NCBI RefSeq assembly: GCF_044704955.1
Contig: NC_091995.1
Span: 52,824,001-52,888,000 of the forward strand
Direction: 5' to 3'
Length of the DNA stretch: 64,000 nucleotides
Origin: Pristiophorus japonicus
Lineage: Eukaryota
Shown: one piece after another, positions 44,845-57,469 of the stretch
Position numbering within the stretch: position 1 is the first letter of the stretch
Layout of the letters: the number at the start of each line of letters is the position of its first letter
The notes under the pieces: model-generated
The model's database searches: none
What the model was told of the DNA's origin: nothing
Seen by the model: the letters and a program-made list of their open reading frames with translations, nothing else
Position numbers and translations under genes: made by a program

Positions 44845-46435
44845 ACTAAAGGCAGATAAATCCCCTGGACCTGCTTGCAGCCTTGGGTCTTAAGAGAAGT
44901 AACAGCAGGGATTGTGGATGCATTGGTTGTAATTTACCAAAATGCCTTGGATTCTGGGGGTCCCAGCACATTAGAAAACTGCAAATGTAATGCCCTATTC
45001 AAAAAGGAGGCAGACAAAAAGCAGGAAACTATAGACCAGTTAGCCTAACATCTGTGGTTGGGAAAATGTTGGAGTCCATTATTAAAGAACCAGTAGCAGG
45101 ACATTTGGAAAAGCAAAATTTGGTCAGGCAGAGTCAGCATGGATTATGAAGGGGAAGTCATGTTTGACAACTTTGCTGGAATTCTTTGAGGATGTAACAA
45201 ACAGGGTGGATAAAGGGGAACCAGTGGTTGTGGTGTATTTGGACTTCCAGAAGGCATTTGACAAAGTGCCACATAAAAGGTTACTGCACAATATAAAAGT
45301 TCACGGGGTTGGAGGTAATATATTAACATGGATAGAGGATTGGCTAACTAACAGAAAACAGAGAGTCGGAATAAATGATTCATTCTCGGGTTGGCAATCA
45401 TTACTAAGTGGGGTGCCGCAGGGATCAGCGCTGGGACCCCAACTATTTACAATCTATATTAACGACTATAAGAAAGGACTGAGTGTAACGTAGCCAAGTT
45501 TGTTGACGATACAAAGATGGGAGGAAAAGCAATGTGTGAGAAGGACACAAAAAACCTGCAAAAGGACATAGACAGGCTAAGTGAGTGGGCAGAAATTTGG
45601 CAGATGGAGTATAATGTTGGAAAGAATGAGGTCATGCACTTTGACAGAAAAAAAATCAAAGAGCAAGTTATCATTTAAATGGAGAAAGATTGCAAAGTGC
45701 TGCAGTACAGCGGGACCTGGGGGTACTTGTGTATGAAACACAAAAGGTTAGTGTGCAGGTACAGCAAGTGATCAGGAAGGCCAAAGGTATCTTGGCCTTT
45801 ATTGCAAAGGGGATGGAGTATAAAAGCAGGGAAGTCTTACTACAGTTATACAGGGTATTGGTGAGGCCACACCTGGAATACTGCGTGCAGTTTTAGTTTC
45901 CATATTTACGAAAGGATATACTTGCTTTGGAGGCAGTTCAGAGAAGGTTCACTTGGTTGATTCTAGAGATGAGCGGGTTGACTTATGAGGAAAGGTTGAG
46001 GAGGTTGGGCCTCTACTCATTGGAATTCAGAAGGATGAGAGGTGATCTTATCGAAACGTATAAGATTATGAGGGGGCTTGTCAAGATGGATGCAGAGAGG
46101 ATGTTTCCACTGATGGGGAGACTAGAACTAGTGGGCATGATCTTAGAATAAGGGGCCGCCCATTTAAAACAGAGATGAGGAGAAATTTCTTCTCTCAGAG
46201 GGCTGTAAATCTGTGGAATTCGCTGCCTCAGAGAGCTATGGAAGCTGGGACATTAAATAAATTTAAGACAGAAATAGATAGTTTCTTAAACGATAAGAGG
46301 ATAAGGGATTATGGGGAGTGGGCGGGGAAGTGGAGCTGAGTCCATGATCGGATCAGCCATGATCTTATTGAATGGCGGGGCAGGCTCGAGGGGCCGTATG
46401 GCCTACTCCTGTTCCTATTTCTTATGTGCTTATAT
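44845..46435 (+). mobile_element. Decayed CR1 LINE (RT to 3' end)
   Basis: KGKSCLTTLLEFF, DFQKAFDKVPH and LQLYRVLVRPHLEYC motifs; TTCTTATG tail. Confidence 0.88.
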
Positions 46436-46534
46436 GCACGACAAAAGCACCATCACTATCAAAATCATCACAGACATCACCTTTCATGACCATCACCAAA
46501 TGTGCATTGCAATGATTCTCATGAGGCCATCATT

Positions 46535-48250
46535 CTTTAGAGATTCTCCGACGAGGCAAATGCCTCCCTCCTGCAGTAGGTGGAGTCACGCTGGGGTCAG
46601 TTGACCCGGGGTGGGTGTGGGAAGCCCATCCCAAAGGTTTACCAGAAGATTTGGGCCGACATAGCTGAGGTGAACTCGTCAGCAACAAACGAGGTGCGTG
46701 AGGGCAGCCAGTGCCGCAAGCGCTGGAACGACCTTGTCGGATCCACCAGAGTAAGTATTACATTTATTTACATTTACTTATATATTTATATAATTTGAAT
46801 TGTAAGTGTAATGAGTGATTAAAATCAGATGTGATGTCTTGCACTTATACCGGGAATGTTTTACTCAAAGCCTGCGTTTACGGTGTATATCTTTAGGTAA
46901 ATAATGATAATGATCATAATAATAATGATTACATCTGTGGGTTATGTGTTGTATCAGTCTCTGTGACAATACCTAGCAATGATCTCACGCAATGATCTCA
47001 TGCCATGTCGTGCTGGTGTTACCTTTTGCAGAATAAGTTATGGAAGAATAGGGCCGAGCAGCAGTGCACGGGTGGCGGGCCAACGGTCTTCATTGAGTTC
47101 ACCGACATCGAGGAGCGGGTGCTGGCACTAGTGGGGAACCACCCCCGGTCAGCCACGCAAGCAGCAACAGAACCTGATGTGATGCCACGTGAGTAAAATA
47201 TACACCATTGCGTGATGTCAAGTCAATAGATGCCACACCCACTCATATCCGAACAATAATATAGGATAGATGATTGATAAAAGTGTTATCTAAATAATAA
47301 TGGCCACATGAAAATCATTGTAATGCAGAATTTGGTCATGGTCATGAAATGTGATGTCTGTGATGATTTTGATAGCGGTAGTGCTTTTGTCGTGCATATG
47401 CTGTATGTAGCGCTGGAATCACCTTGTGACCCTAGCACCCCCTTCTCCTCTAATAACCTAAGTTATATTTTGTAGCTCAGCCAGCAGCGGGCTCCATGCA
47501 ACACCACTGAGCCAAGAAGCTGCGGATCCGGCGACCTCGCCCAGGGATTGTCAATCTGGTGCTGAGGAGCCCCGAATCTCGCCCGTAGAGCTGCAGGGTG
47601 CCTTCTTCACTGATGAGACTGGCGACTTTGAGGAGCTCCATTATCTATGCAACCCTGATGACATCTAGTGCTCCTGTGGCCATGTTCTCCTCCACCGTGA
47701 AGGTAGCGGGCCCAAGCATCTTGCCACAGGGCGCCCCAAGTGTTTCCATCATGGCGCGGACCCCGCAGAGGTTGGTTCAATGCAGCAGGACTGCTCCACG
47801 AACTGTCCAGGAAGAGTGTTGACATAGGTCAGCAGATCCTCCAGACAATAGGGGGCATATCCCAACAGATGGCCAGCATGTCCACCACCATGGCGGAGTA
47901 CGTGTCGTGTATGGCGGAGGCCCTGGTGATGATAGCCAGGAATATTGGTACCAGAGGGCTACCAGTGGTCCCGGAGTGCGACACTGCACCCTAAGGTGCC
48001 ACACCCCCATTGCCAACGACACATGTGAGCCAGGAGGAAGGTCTTGCTTCTGGCTCGAAGGACGTTCCCTCCTCGGGACTGTCCTCTCCAGCAATCGGCC
48101 AACCAGCGGCTATGCCGATATCCCTCCCAATGAAGCAGTGCCTGAGGAGCAGTGTGGCAAAGTGGCTTGGAGTCGGGAGGGGAAGTGGTAGAGGTGGGGA
48201 GGAGAAGTGAGGGGGGGCACGGGAGAAGGAAAGTGAGGTGCATGGCTGCA
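46535..48250 (+). pseudogene. Harbinger Myb/SANT-like DNA-binding gene (spliced, decayed)
   Basis: RFSDEANASLL*..IWADIAEVNS..REGSQCRKRWNDL|gtaagt (46751). A second exon 47032-47188 (NKL..TGGGP..EERVLAL) is followed by an acceptor at 47475. Confidence 0.7.
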
Positions 48251-48665
48251 GGAGTTGCATTGGTCACAGTACTTTTATGTTGTTGTTGCTATTTTGTTGG
48301 GAGGTTTGAGGGGAGGGGGGTACCTTGTTTTTTTGGATTTGTGTTCTATGTTTATGAAGTTTCATTGGAAATGATAAAAATTTAATGAATTATATAAATT
48401 TGTGGTGGTGTGGGGTGTTTTTTACAGTTATAATTATGATTTTATACAAATGTTCTCATTAAATGTTTATTTCACATAACCTTGTTGCGCATTGTCTCAG
48501 ATAGCTGCACCGTTACACACTGGTGATCCCTTAACATGAAAGGGGATAATTCAACATCACCTGAATCAACTTAAACTTTAACTGTCACCAAGGTAATGCA
48601 CACCATTCATTTATGAGTTGCAGACACAGCAGTGTTGCAGCTTTGTAAATATCACCAATGTTATT

Positions 48666-49440
48666 TCAAGCAAAGCGCTCATTTATGAACTGCTGACGTA
48701 AGAGTCTTGCAGCTGTGGAGCCACCACGGGCCCTTTCCTGCGGTCTAGAGGGGGGCGGGGGCATGGCTGCATCGTCAGCCTGATTGTCTGCCCTGAGATC
48801 AGTGTCCACCTCCTCGTCCTCTCTCTCCTGAGGTGGACTGTCAGACTCATCAGGCAATTCTTGTCCCCTCCTGATAGCCAAGTTGTGCAGCATGGAGCAC
48901 ACCACCACGAATTGAGCTACCTGCTCAGGGTGGTATTGTAACTCACCTCCTGAGTGGTCCAGGCATTTAAAGCACTGCTTAAGCACTCCAATGGTCTTCT
49001 CGATGATATTGCGTGTGGCTCTGTGGCTCTCGTTGTATCGCTTCTCGGCTTCTGTCTGGGTGTTATGCACGGGGTCATCAGCCAGGTGGCGAGGTCATAT
49101 CCTTTGTCACCAAGCATCCAGCATTGACCTGTGGCTGACTGGTAAACATGTCAGATACAGTGCTCTCACGCAGGATGTGAGCCTCATAGATGCTTCCCAG
49201 AAATTTTGCATTTACTACCATTATAAGTTGTTGGTGGTCAATGAGTTGCACATTCAGGGAGTGGAAGGTTGGCACCTTGGAGAAGTTTGCAATTCTGGAG
49301 AATCCTAGAGCCCTCTCAGTCTGTGCCTCCTTGGTCATAGGGAAGCTGATAAAGTCCTTCCTGCGTGCATAAAGGGCTTCAGTGACCTGTTGAAAGCAGC
49401 AATGTGTGGCAAGCTGAGATATCACGCAAATATCGCCAGC
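48666..49440 (-). mobile_element. Harbinger (HARBI1-like) DDE transposase, decayed
   Basis: HSLNVQL, LGDKGY, YNESHRATRNIIEKTIGVLK and CSMLHN motifs. Convergent with the Myb-like gene, as in Harbinger elements. Confidence 0.85.
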
Positions 49441-49444
49441 TGAA

Positions 49445-51968
49445 TAATGGAAAGTCTAGACCAACATGTAGAGCCCCTACATGTGTTATTGCACAAAGGT
49501 GAGAACTGGGTATGGGGAAAAAAAACAAGTAATTGCTTTTGAGAAAGCTAGAAACATTTTATGCTCCAACAAGATGCTTGTATTTTATAACCCATGTAAA
49601 AGACTTGTGCTAGCATGTGACGCGTTGTCGTGCGGAGTCGGGTGCGTATTACAACAAGCTAATGTTGCGGGGAAGTTGCAACCTGTCACCTATGCTTCCA
49701 GGATCTTGTCTAAGGCCGAGAGGGCCGACAGTATGATTGAGAAAGAGGCATTAGCATGTGTGTTCGGTGTAAAGAAAATGCATCAGTAACTGTTTGGCCT
49801 CAAATTTGAGCTGGAAATCGATCACAAGCCCCTCATATCCCTGTTCGCTGAAAACAAGGCGATAAATACTAATGCCTCAGCCCGCATACAAAGGTGGGCA
49901 CTCGCGCTATCAGCATATAACTATACCATCCACCACAGGCCAGGCACCGAGAACTGTGCGGATGCTCTCAGTCATCTACCATTGCCCACCACGGGGGTGG
50001 AAATGGCGCAGCCTGCAAACTTGTTGATGGTGGCGCATCCCGCAGACTTGTTGATGGTCATGGAAGCGTTTGAAAATGATAAATCACCTGTCACGGCCTG
50101 CCAGATTAGGACTTGGACCAACCAAGATCCTCTGCTGTCCCTAGTAAAAAACTGAGTGCATGGGAGCTGGGCCAGCATCCCCGTTGAAATGCAAGAGCCA
50201 ATCAAGCCGTTCCAGCGGCGAAAGGACGAGCTGTCCATTCAGGCAGACTGCCTGTTGTGGGGTAACCGCGTAGTGCTACCACGATGAGGAGAAGCTTCTT
50301 CACCTAGAGAGTGGTGAGCCTGTGGAATTCTCTAGCACAGAAAGTTGTTGAGGCCAATTCACTAAATATATAAAAAAAGGAGTTGGATGTAGTCCTTACT
50401 ACTAGGGGGATCAAGGGGTATGGCAAGAAAGCAGGAATGGTGTCCTGAAGTTGCATGTTCAGCCATAAACTCATTGAATGACGGTGCAGGCTCAAAGGGC
50501 CGAATGGCCTACTCCTGCACCTATTTTCTATATTTCTATTTTTCTATGCTACCAAAAAAGGGCAGGGAGATGTTTCATCTCGGATCTCCACAGCACACAC
50601 CCGGGTATAGTAATGATGAAAGCGATAGCCAGATCCCACGTGTGGTGGCCCGGTATCGACTCTGACTTAGAGTCCTGTGTACGGCAATGCAGCGTATGTG
50701 CTCAGTTGAGCAATGCGCCCACAGAGGCACCACTATGTTTGTGGTCCTGGCCCTCCAGACCATGGTCGAGGATGCATATTGACTATGCGGGCCCGTTTCT
50801 CGGTAAAATGTTCCTGGTGGTGGTGGATACTTTCTCAAAATGGATTGAATGTGAAATAATGTCGGGAAGCACCGCCACCACCACCATTGAAAGCCTGAGG
50901 GCCATGTTTGCCACCCACGGCCTGCCTGACAGACTGGTCAGTGACAACGGGCTATGTTTCACCAGTGCCGAATTTAAACAATTCATGACCCGCAATGGGA
51001 TCAAACATGTCACCTCGGCCCCATTTAAACCAGCCTCCAATGGGCAGGCAGAGCGGGCAGTACAAACCATCAAACAGAGCCTTAAACGAGTCACAGAAGG
51101 CTCACTTCAAACCCGCCTGTCCCGAGTACTGCTCAGCTACCGCACGAGACCCCACTCGCTCACAGGGGTGCCCCCGGCTGAGCTACTCATGAAAAGGACA
51201 CTTACAACCAGCCTCTCGCTGGTTCACCCCAACCCGCATGATCAGGTAGAGAGCAGGCGGCAGCAACAAAATGTAAACGATGGTCACACCACTGTTTCAC
51301 GGGAAATTGATCTGAATGACCCTGTGTATGTGCTAAACTATGGACATGGTCCCAAGTGGATCGCGGGTACGGTGATAGCTAAAGAAGCAAATAGGGTGTT
51401 TGTAGTCAAATTAGACAATGGACAAATTTGTAGAAAGCACCTGGACCAAACGAGGCTGCGGTTCACAGACTGCCCTGAACAACCCACAGCAGACACCACC
51501 TTTTTCGAGCCCACAACACACACCCAAAGGATCAACAACACCACCCCGGACCAGGAAATCGAACCCATCACACCCAACAGCCCAGCAAGGCCAGGCTCAC
51601 CTAGCAGCCCTGCAGGGCCAACAACATGCCAGCCCAGCGAGGGCACAGCCAACACACCAGAACAGACATTTGTACCGAGGCGGTCCACCAGGGAAAGAAA
51701 GGCTCCCAACCACCTCACCTTGTAAATAGTTTTCACTTTGACTTTGGAGGGGAGTGATGTTGTGTATCTGTAAAGCATGCACTCCCATGTTCCGCCATCA
51801 GGGGGCTCATCCCCTGAAGTCCCAAGGGATCCCAGCATCCCTTGGGAGCACTGGCAAAAAAGCCGGCCCCTAAGGCCTGTTCCTCACTCTGGAGTGTCTT
51901 ATTAAAGACTGAGGTCACTGTTACTTTAATCTCCCTGTTGTAGCCTCATCTGTGTTAGGAACACAATA
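49445..51968 (+). mobile_element. Gypsy LTR retrotransposon 3' part (RNase H, integrase, PPT, 3' LTR 51758-51968)
   Basis: LACDA..IEKEALAC (RNase H); HHCC zinc finger and HIDYAGP/SDNG/AER integrase core. Confidence 0.9.
50282..50546 (+). mobile_element. Short CR1 3' end inserted in the Gypsy pol gene
   Basis: CR1 3' UTR and tail flanked by the 8-bp duplication TGCTACCA (50274-50281 and 50547-50554). Confidence 0.88.
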
Positions 51969-51970
51969 AT

Positions 51971-53660
51971 CTTCTTAGGCAGTCCCTCGGAGTCGAGGAT
52001 GACTTGCTTCTACACTAACAATGAGTTCTCAGGTGACTAATGAGTCCAATGTGGGACCTACACTCTCTGTCACAGGTGGGACAGACGGTGATTGAAGGAA
52101 TGGGTGGGTGGGGCGCTTGGGTTGCTGTGCGCTCCTTCCGCTCTCTACACTTGGCTTCAGCTTGCTCCCGGCGAAGAGACTCAAAGTGTTTGGCGCTTCT
52201 CCGAATGTTTTTCCTCCATTTTGAGCGATCATGAGCCAGGGATTCCCATGTGTCGGTGGGAATGTTGCACTTTTTCAAGGAGGCTTTGAAGGTATCCTTG
52301 AATCGTTTCTTCTGCCCACCTGGGGTTCACTTGCCATGTCGAAGCTCCAAGTAGAGCGCTTGTTTTGGGAGTCTCATATCAGGCATGTGGACGATGTGGC
52401 CTGTCCAGCAGAGCTGATAGAGCGGTTCTATACTTCGATGTTGGCCTGAGCGAGAACACTGACATTGGTGCACTTATCCAGCCAATGGATTTGCAGGATC
52501 TTGTGGGAGCAGCATTGATGGTACTTCTCCAGGGTTTTGAGAAGCCTGCTGTACATAATCCATGTCTCTGATCCATGTCGGAGGGTGGGTATCATCACTG
52601 CTCTGTAGACCATGAGGTGTGGAAAATGGTCCACATTGTCCAAGGCAGGCCATGGATTTTGATAATCAGGGGGGCAGGTTGGTAGAGGACCTTTGTCTTA
52701 TGGATGTTGAGTGTAAGGCCCATGCTCTCATAGGCTTCGGTGAGGATGTTGAAGGTGGCTTGGCATTCGGCCTCCGATTGTGCGCAGTCTGCATAATCTA
52801 ATTCAATGACCTTGGATCTGGCCTGAAAACGGCTGAGGTTGAACAGTTTCCCGTTTGGTCTGTAGATTAGCTCCAGTCCAGCGGGGAGTTTACTGAGGGT
52901 GAGATGGAGCATTGCAGCAAGGCAGACTGGGAAGAGCGTTTGTGCGATGACGCAGCCTTGCTTGACCCTGGTCCAAATGTGAATTGGGTCTGTGGTGGAT
53001 CCGTTGGTCTGGATCACGGCTTGCATGTCATCATGAAGCAGGCGAAGAATGGTGACAAACTTTTGAGGACAGGCAAATTTGGGGAGGATGCTCCATAATC
53101 CCTCATGGTTGACAGTGTCGAAGGCCTTTGTGAGGTCAAAGAAGGCCATGTACAGGGGTTGGTGCTGTTCCCTGCATTTCTCTTGGATTTGCCGCGCGGT
53201 GACGATTATGTCCATTGTGCCCCTTAGTGGGTGGAATCCGCATTGCGGCTCAGGGAGGAGCTCGTCAGGCTCAGAGAGAAGGCCATTGAAGATTCTTTCG
53301 AAGACCGTCCCTGTGGCAGACAGCAAGGAAACTCCTCTGTAATTACCGTAATTGGACTTGTCACCTTTCATTAAGCTGGTCACGATTACAGCATCTCTGA
53401 GATCCCCTGGCATGCTCTCCTCCTTCCAGAGAGAGAAATTAGATCATGTATTGGTGCTTCAGTGGGATTCAATCTGCTCCTGATGCCTTGTTTTTCAGCT
53501 GGCGGATGGCCTTTTCTACCCCATGCTGGGCTGGGATTGTGCTGAGATGATGGCGGGTAGCATGCTGCGGGATGGAGTCAAGGACACTCACGTCGAAGAC
53601 AGAGTCTCGGTTAAGGAGATCTTCGAAGTGCTCCTTCCAGCAGGCACTGACTGCCTCTCT
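51971..53660 (-). mobile_element. RTE-clade LINE, decayed RT to 3' end
   Basis: NYRGVSLLS, FFDLTKAFDTV, VKQGCVIA and YAD motifs; C-terminal CPTCDREC..GLISHLRTH; (AAG)n-like tail. Confidence 0.88.
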
Positions 53661-56600
53661 GTTGGGGGCACAATTTGTAAATTTGCAGATGAAGCCTAGA
53701 TCTATGTGAGTGTTAGAACTGTAGAAGATGCTGGTCTGCTTCAGGCAGATCTTAATGTGTTGGGAGATTGGGCTCGAAACTGGAAAATGATGTATAACTT
53801 AGATAAGTGCAGTGTTATGCATGTGGGCAGGGCAAATGCTCAACATTCATACACCCTCCAGGGAAAAGGTATTAAAGATGGTGGAGATAGAAAGAGATTT
53901 GGGCATTCTATTGCATACATCCTTAAAGGTACATGAGCAATGCTGTGCAGCGATAGCTAGAGCAAATAGGATTTTGGGGTGTAGCCATAGGACAATTGAG
54001 TATAAGACGTTTTGTCCTTGTACAAGACCTTAGTCAGGCTGCACTTGGAATACTGTGTCCATGGTGGATGATATTGATACTCTGGAAAGGGTGCAGAAGA
54101 GGGCCACTAGACTAATTCCAAGCCTAAAATATCTTAGTTATCAAGATGGGCTAAAAAGAGTTGGGACTCGATGCCTTAGAGCAGCGTAGTCTTAGGGGGA
54201 TTTGGTTGAAACATAGAAAGATAGAAAATAGGTGCAGGAGTAGGCCATTCGGCCCTTCGGGCCTGCACCACCATTCGATAAGATCATGGCTGATCATTCC
54301 CTCAGGACACTTTTCCTGCTTTCTCTCCATACCCCTTGATCCCCTTAGCCATAAGGGCCATCTCTAACTCCCTTTTGAATATATCCAATGAACTGGCATC
54401 AACAACTCTCTGTGGCAGGGAATTCCACAGGTCAACAACTCTCTGAGTGAAGAAGTTTCTCCTCATCTCAGTCCTAAATGGCCTACCCCTTATCCTAAGA
54501 CTATGCCCCCTGGTTCTGGACTTCCCCAACATCGGGAACATTCTTCCCGCATATAACCTGTCCAGTCCAGTCAGAATCTTATATGTTTCTATGAGATCCC
54601 CTCTCATTCTTCTAAATGCCAGTGAATAAAGGCCCAGTTGATCCAGTCTCTCCTCATATGACAGCCCAGCCATCCCTGGAATCAATCTGGTGAACCTTCG
54701 CTGCACTCCCTCAATAGAAAGAACATCCTTCCTCAGACCAGGAGACCAAAACTGAACACAATATTCCAGGTGAGGCCTCACTAAGGCCCTGTACAACCTC
54801 TAGTAAGACGTCCCAGCTCCTATATTCAAATCCCCTAGCTATGAAGGCCAACATACCATTTGCCTTCTTTACCGCCTGCTGTACCTGCATGCCCACTTTC
54901 AGTGACTGATGAACCATGACACCCAGATCTCGTTGCACCTCCCCTTTTTCTAGTCTGCCGCTGTTCAGATAATATTCTACCTTCGTGTTTTTGCCCCCAA
55001 AATGGATAACCTCACATTTATACACATTATACTGTATCTGCCATGTATCGGTCCACTCACCTAATCTGTCCAAATCACCCTGCAGCCTCTTAGCGCCTCC
55101 TCACAGCTCACATCGCCACCCAGTTTAGTGTCATCTGCAAACTTGGAGATATTACACTCTATTCCTTCATCCAAATCGTTAATGTATATTGTAAAGAGCT
55201 GGGGTCCCAGCACTGAGCCCTGCGGCACTCCACTAGTCACTGCCTGCCATTCTGAAAAGAACCCGTTTATCCCGACTCTCTGCTTCCTGTCTGCCAACCA
55301 GTTCTCCATCCACGCCAGTACATTACCCCCAATATCATGCGCTTTGATTTTGTACACCAATCTCTTGTGCGGGACCTTGACAAAAGCCTTTTGAAAGTCC
55401 AAATAGACATCCACTGGTTTTCCCTTGTCCACTCTGCTAGTTACATCCTCAACAAATTCCAGAAGATTCGTCAAGCATGATTTCCCTTTCATAAATCCAT
55501 GCTGACTCGGTCCGATCCTGTCACTGCTTTCCAAATGGGCTGCTATTTCATCCTTAATGATTGATTCCAACATTTTCCCCACTACTGATGTCAGGCTAAC
55601 CGGTCTATAATTACCCGCTTTCTCTCTCCCTCCTTTTTTAAACAGTGGCGTTACATTAGCTACCCTCCAGTCCATAGGAACTGATCCAGAGTCGATAGAT
55701 TGTTGGAAAATGATCACCAATGCATCTACTATTTCTAGGACCACTTCCTTAAGTACTCTGGGATGCAGACTATCAGGACCCGGGGATTTATCGGCCTTTA
55801 ATCCCATCAATTTCCCTAACACAATTTTCTGCCTAATAAGGATATCTTTCAGTTCCTCATTCTCACGAGACCCACTGTCCCCTAGTACATTCGGAAGGTT
55901 ATTTGTATCTTCCTTTGTGAAGACAGAACCAAAGTATTAGTTCAATTGGTCTGCCATTTCTTTGCTCCCCATTATAAATTCACTTGAATCCGACTGCAAG
56001 GGACCTACATTTGTCTTTACTAATCTTTTTCTCTTCACATATTTATAGAAGCTTTTGCAGTCAGTTTTTATGTTCCCTGCAAGCTTCCTCTCGTACTCTA
56101 TTTTCCCCTTCTTAATTAAACCCTTAGTCTCCTCTGTTGAATTCTAATTTCTCCCAGTCCTCAGGTTTGTTGCATTTTCTAGCCAATTTATATGCCTCTT
56201 CCTTGGTTTTAACACTATCCTTAATTTCCGTTGTTAGCCATGGTTGAGCCACCTTCCCAGTTTTATTTTTACTCCAGACAGGGATGTACAATTGCTGAAG
56301 TTCATCCATGTGATCTTTAAATGTTTGCCATTGCTTATCCACCGTCAACCCTTTAAGTATCTTCTGCCAGTCTATTCTCGCCAATTCACACCTCATACCG
56401 TCGAAGTTACCTTTCCTGAAGTTCAGGACCCTAGTTTCCAAATTAACTTTGTCACTCTCCATCTTAATATGGAATTCTACCATATTATGGTCACTTTTCC
56501 CCAAGGTGCCTCGCACAAGATTTCTAATTGGTCCCTTCTCATTACACATCACCCAGTCTCGGATGGCCAGCTCCCTGGTTGGTTCCTCGACATATTGGTC

Positions 56601-57440
56601 TAGAAAACCATCCCTAATACACTCCAGGAAATCCTCCTCTGCCGCATTGCTACCAGTTAGGTTAGCCCAATCTATATGTAGATTAAAGTCACCCATGACT
56701 ACTGCTGTACCTTTATTGCACACATCCCTTATTTCTTGTTTGATGCTGTCCCCAGCCTCACTACTACTATTTGGTGGTCTATACACAACTCCCACTCGCG
56801 TATTCTGCCCTTTGGAATTCCGCAGCTCCGCCCATACTGATTCCACATCATCCAGGCTAATGTCCTTCCTTACGATTGCATTGATTTACTCTTTAACCAG
56901 CAACGCCACCCCGCCTCCTTTTCTTTTCTGTCTATCCTTCCTAAATGCTGAATACCCCTGGATGTTGAGTTCCCAGCTTGGTCACTAGAGGGCCACTAGA
57001 CTAATTCCAAGTCTAAAGCATCTTAGTTATCAAGGCATAGTTGGAACTCTATACCTTAGAGCAGCGTAGTCTAAGGGGGATTTGGTTGAGGTTTATAAGA
57101 TAATGAAGGGAATCGACAGTGTTCCAGCTGACATTTTACTTCAATTAAATAGGTTAGGCAGGATCAGGGGTCACACATTTAAGTTGTATGAGGCTAGTTG
57201 TATAGAGCTGCTCCAAGGTATAGAGTCACAACTCTTTTAGCCTTTCTTAATAACTAAGAAGCTTTAGACTTGGAATTAATCTAGGTTAGATGGAATTAAT
57301 CTAGGTCAAGTGGTGTTTTTTCCCCCAGGGAATAGTAGACCTCTGGAACAAGCTGCAGTTTCATGTGGCGGATGCAGACTCACTGAGTTTCTTCAAGCGA
57401 AAGCTTGATTTATTTCTGGCTGCGGCGGAGATCATCTCTT
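53660..57440 (+). mobile_element. Old CR1-group fragment interrupted by the CR1 at 54211-56984
   Basis: LQADLNVLGDWARNWKMMYNLDKCSVMH motif; the sequence continues after 56985. Confidence 0.6.
54211..56984 (-). mobile_element. CR1 LINE, ORF2 frameshifted
   Basis: ORFs 56846 to 54302 translate to CR1 EN+RT; tail at 54211. Confidence 0.93.
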
Positions 57441-57469
57441 ATAGAAGGTAGGTACTGTAGAGAATTCAC

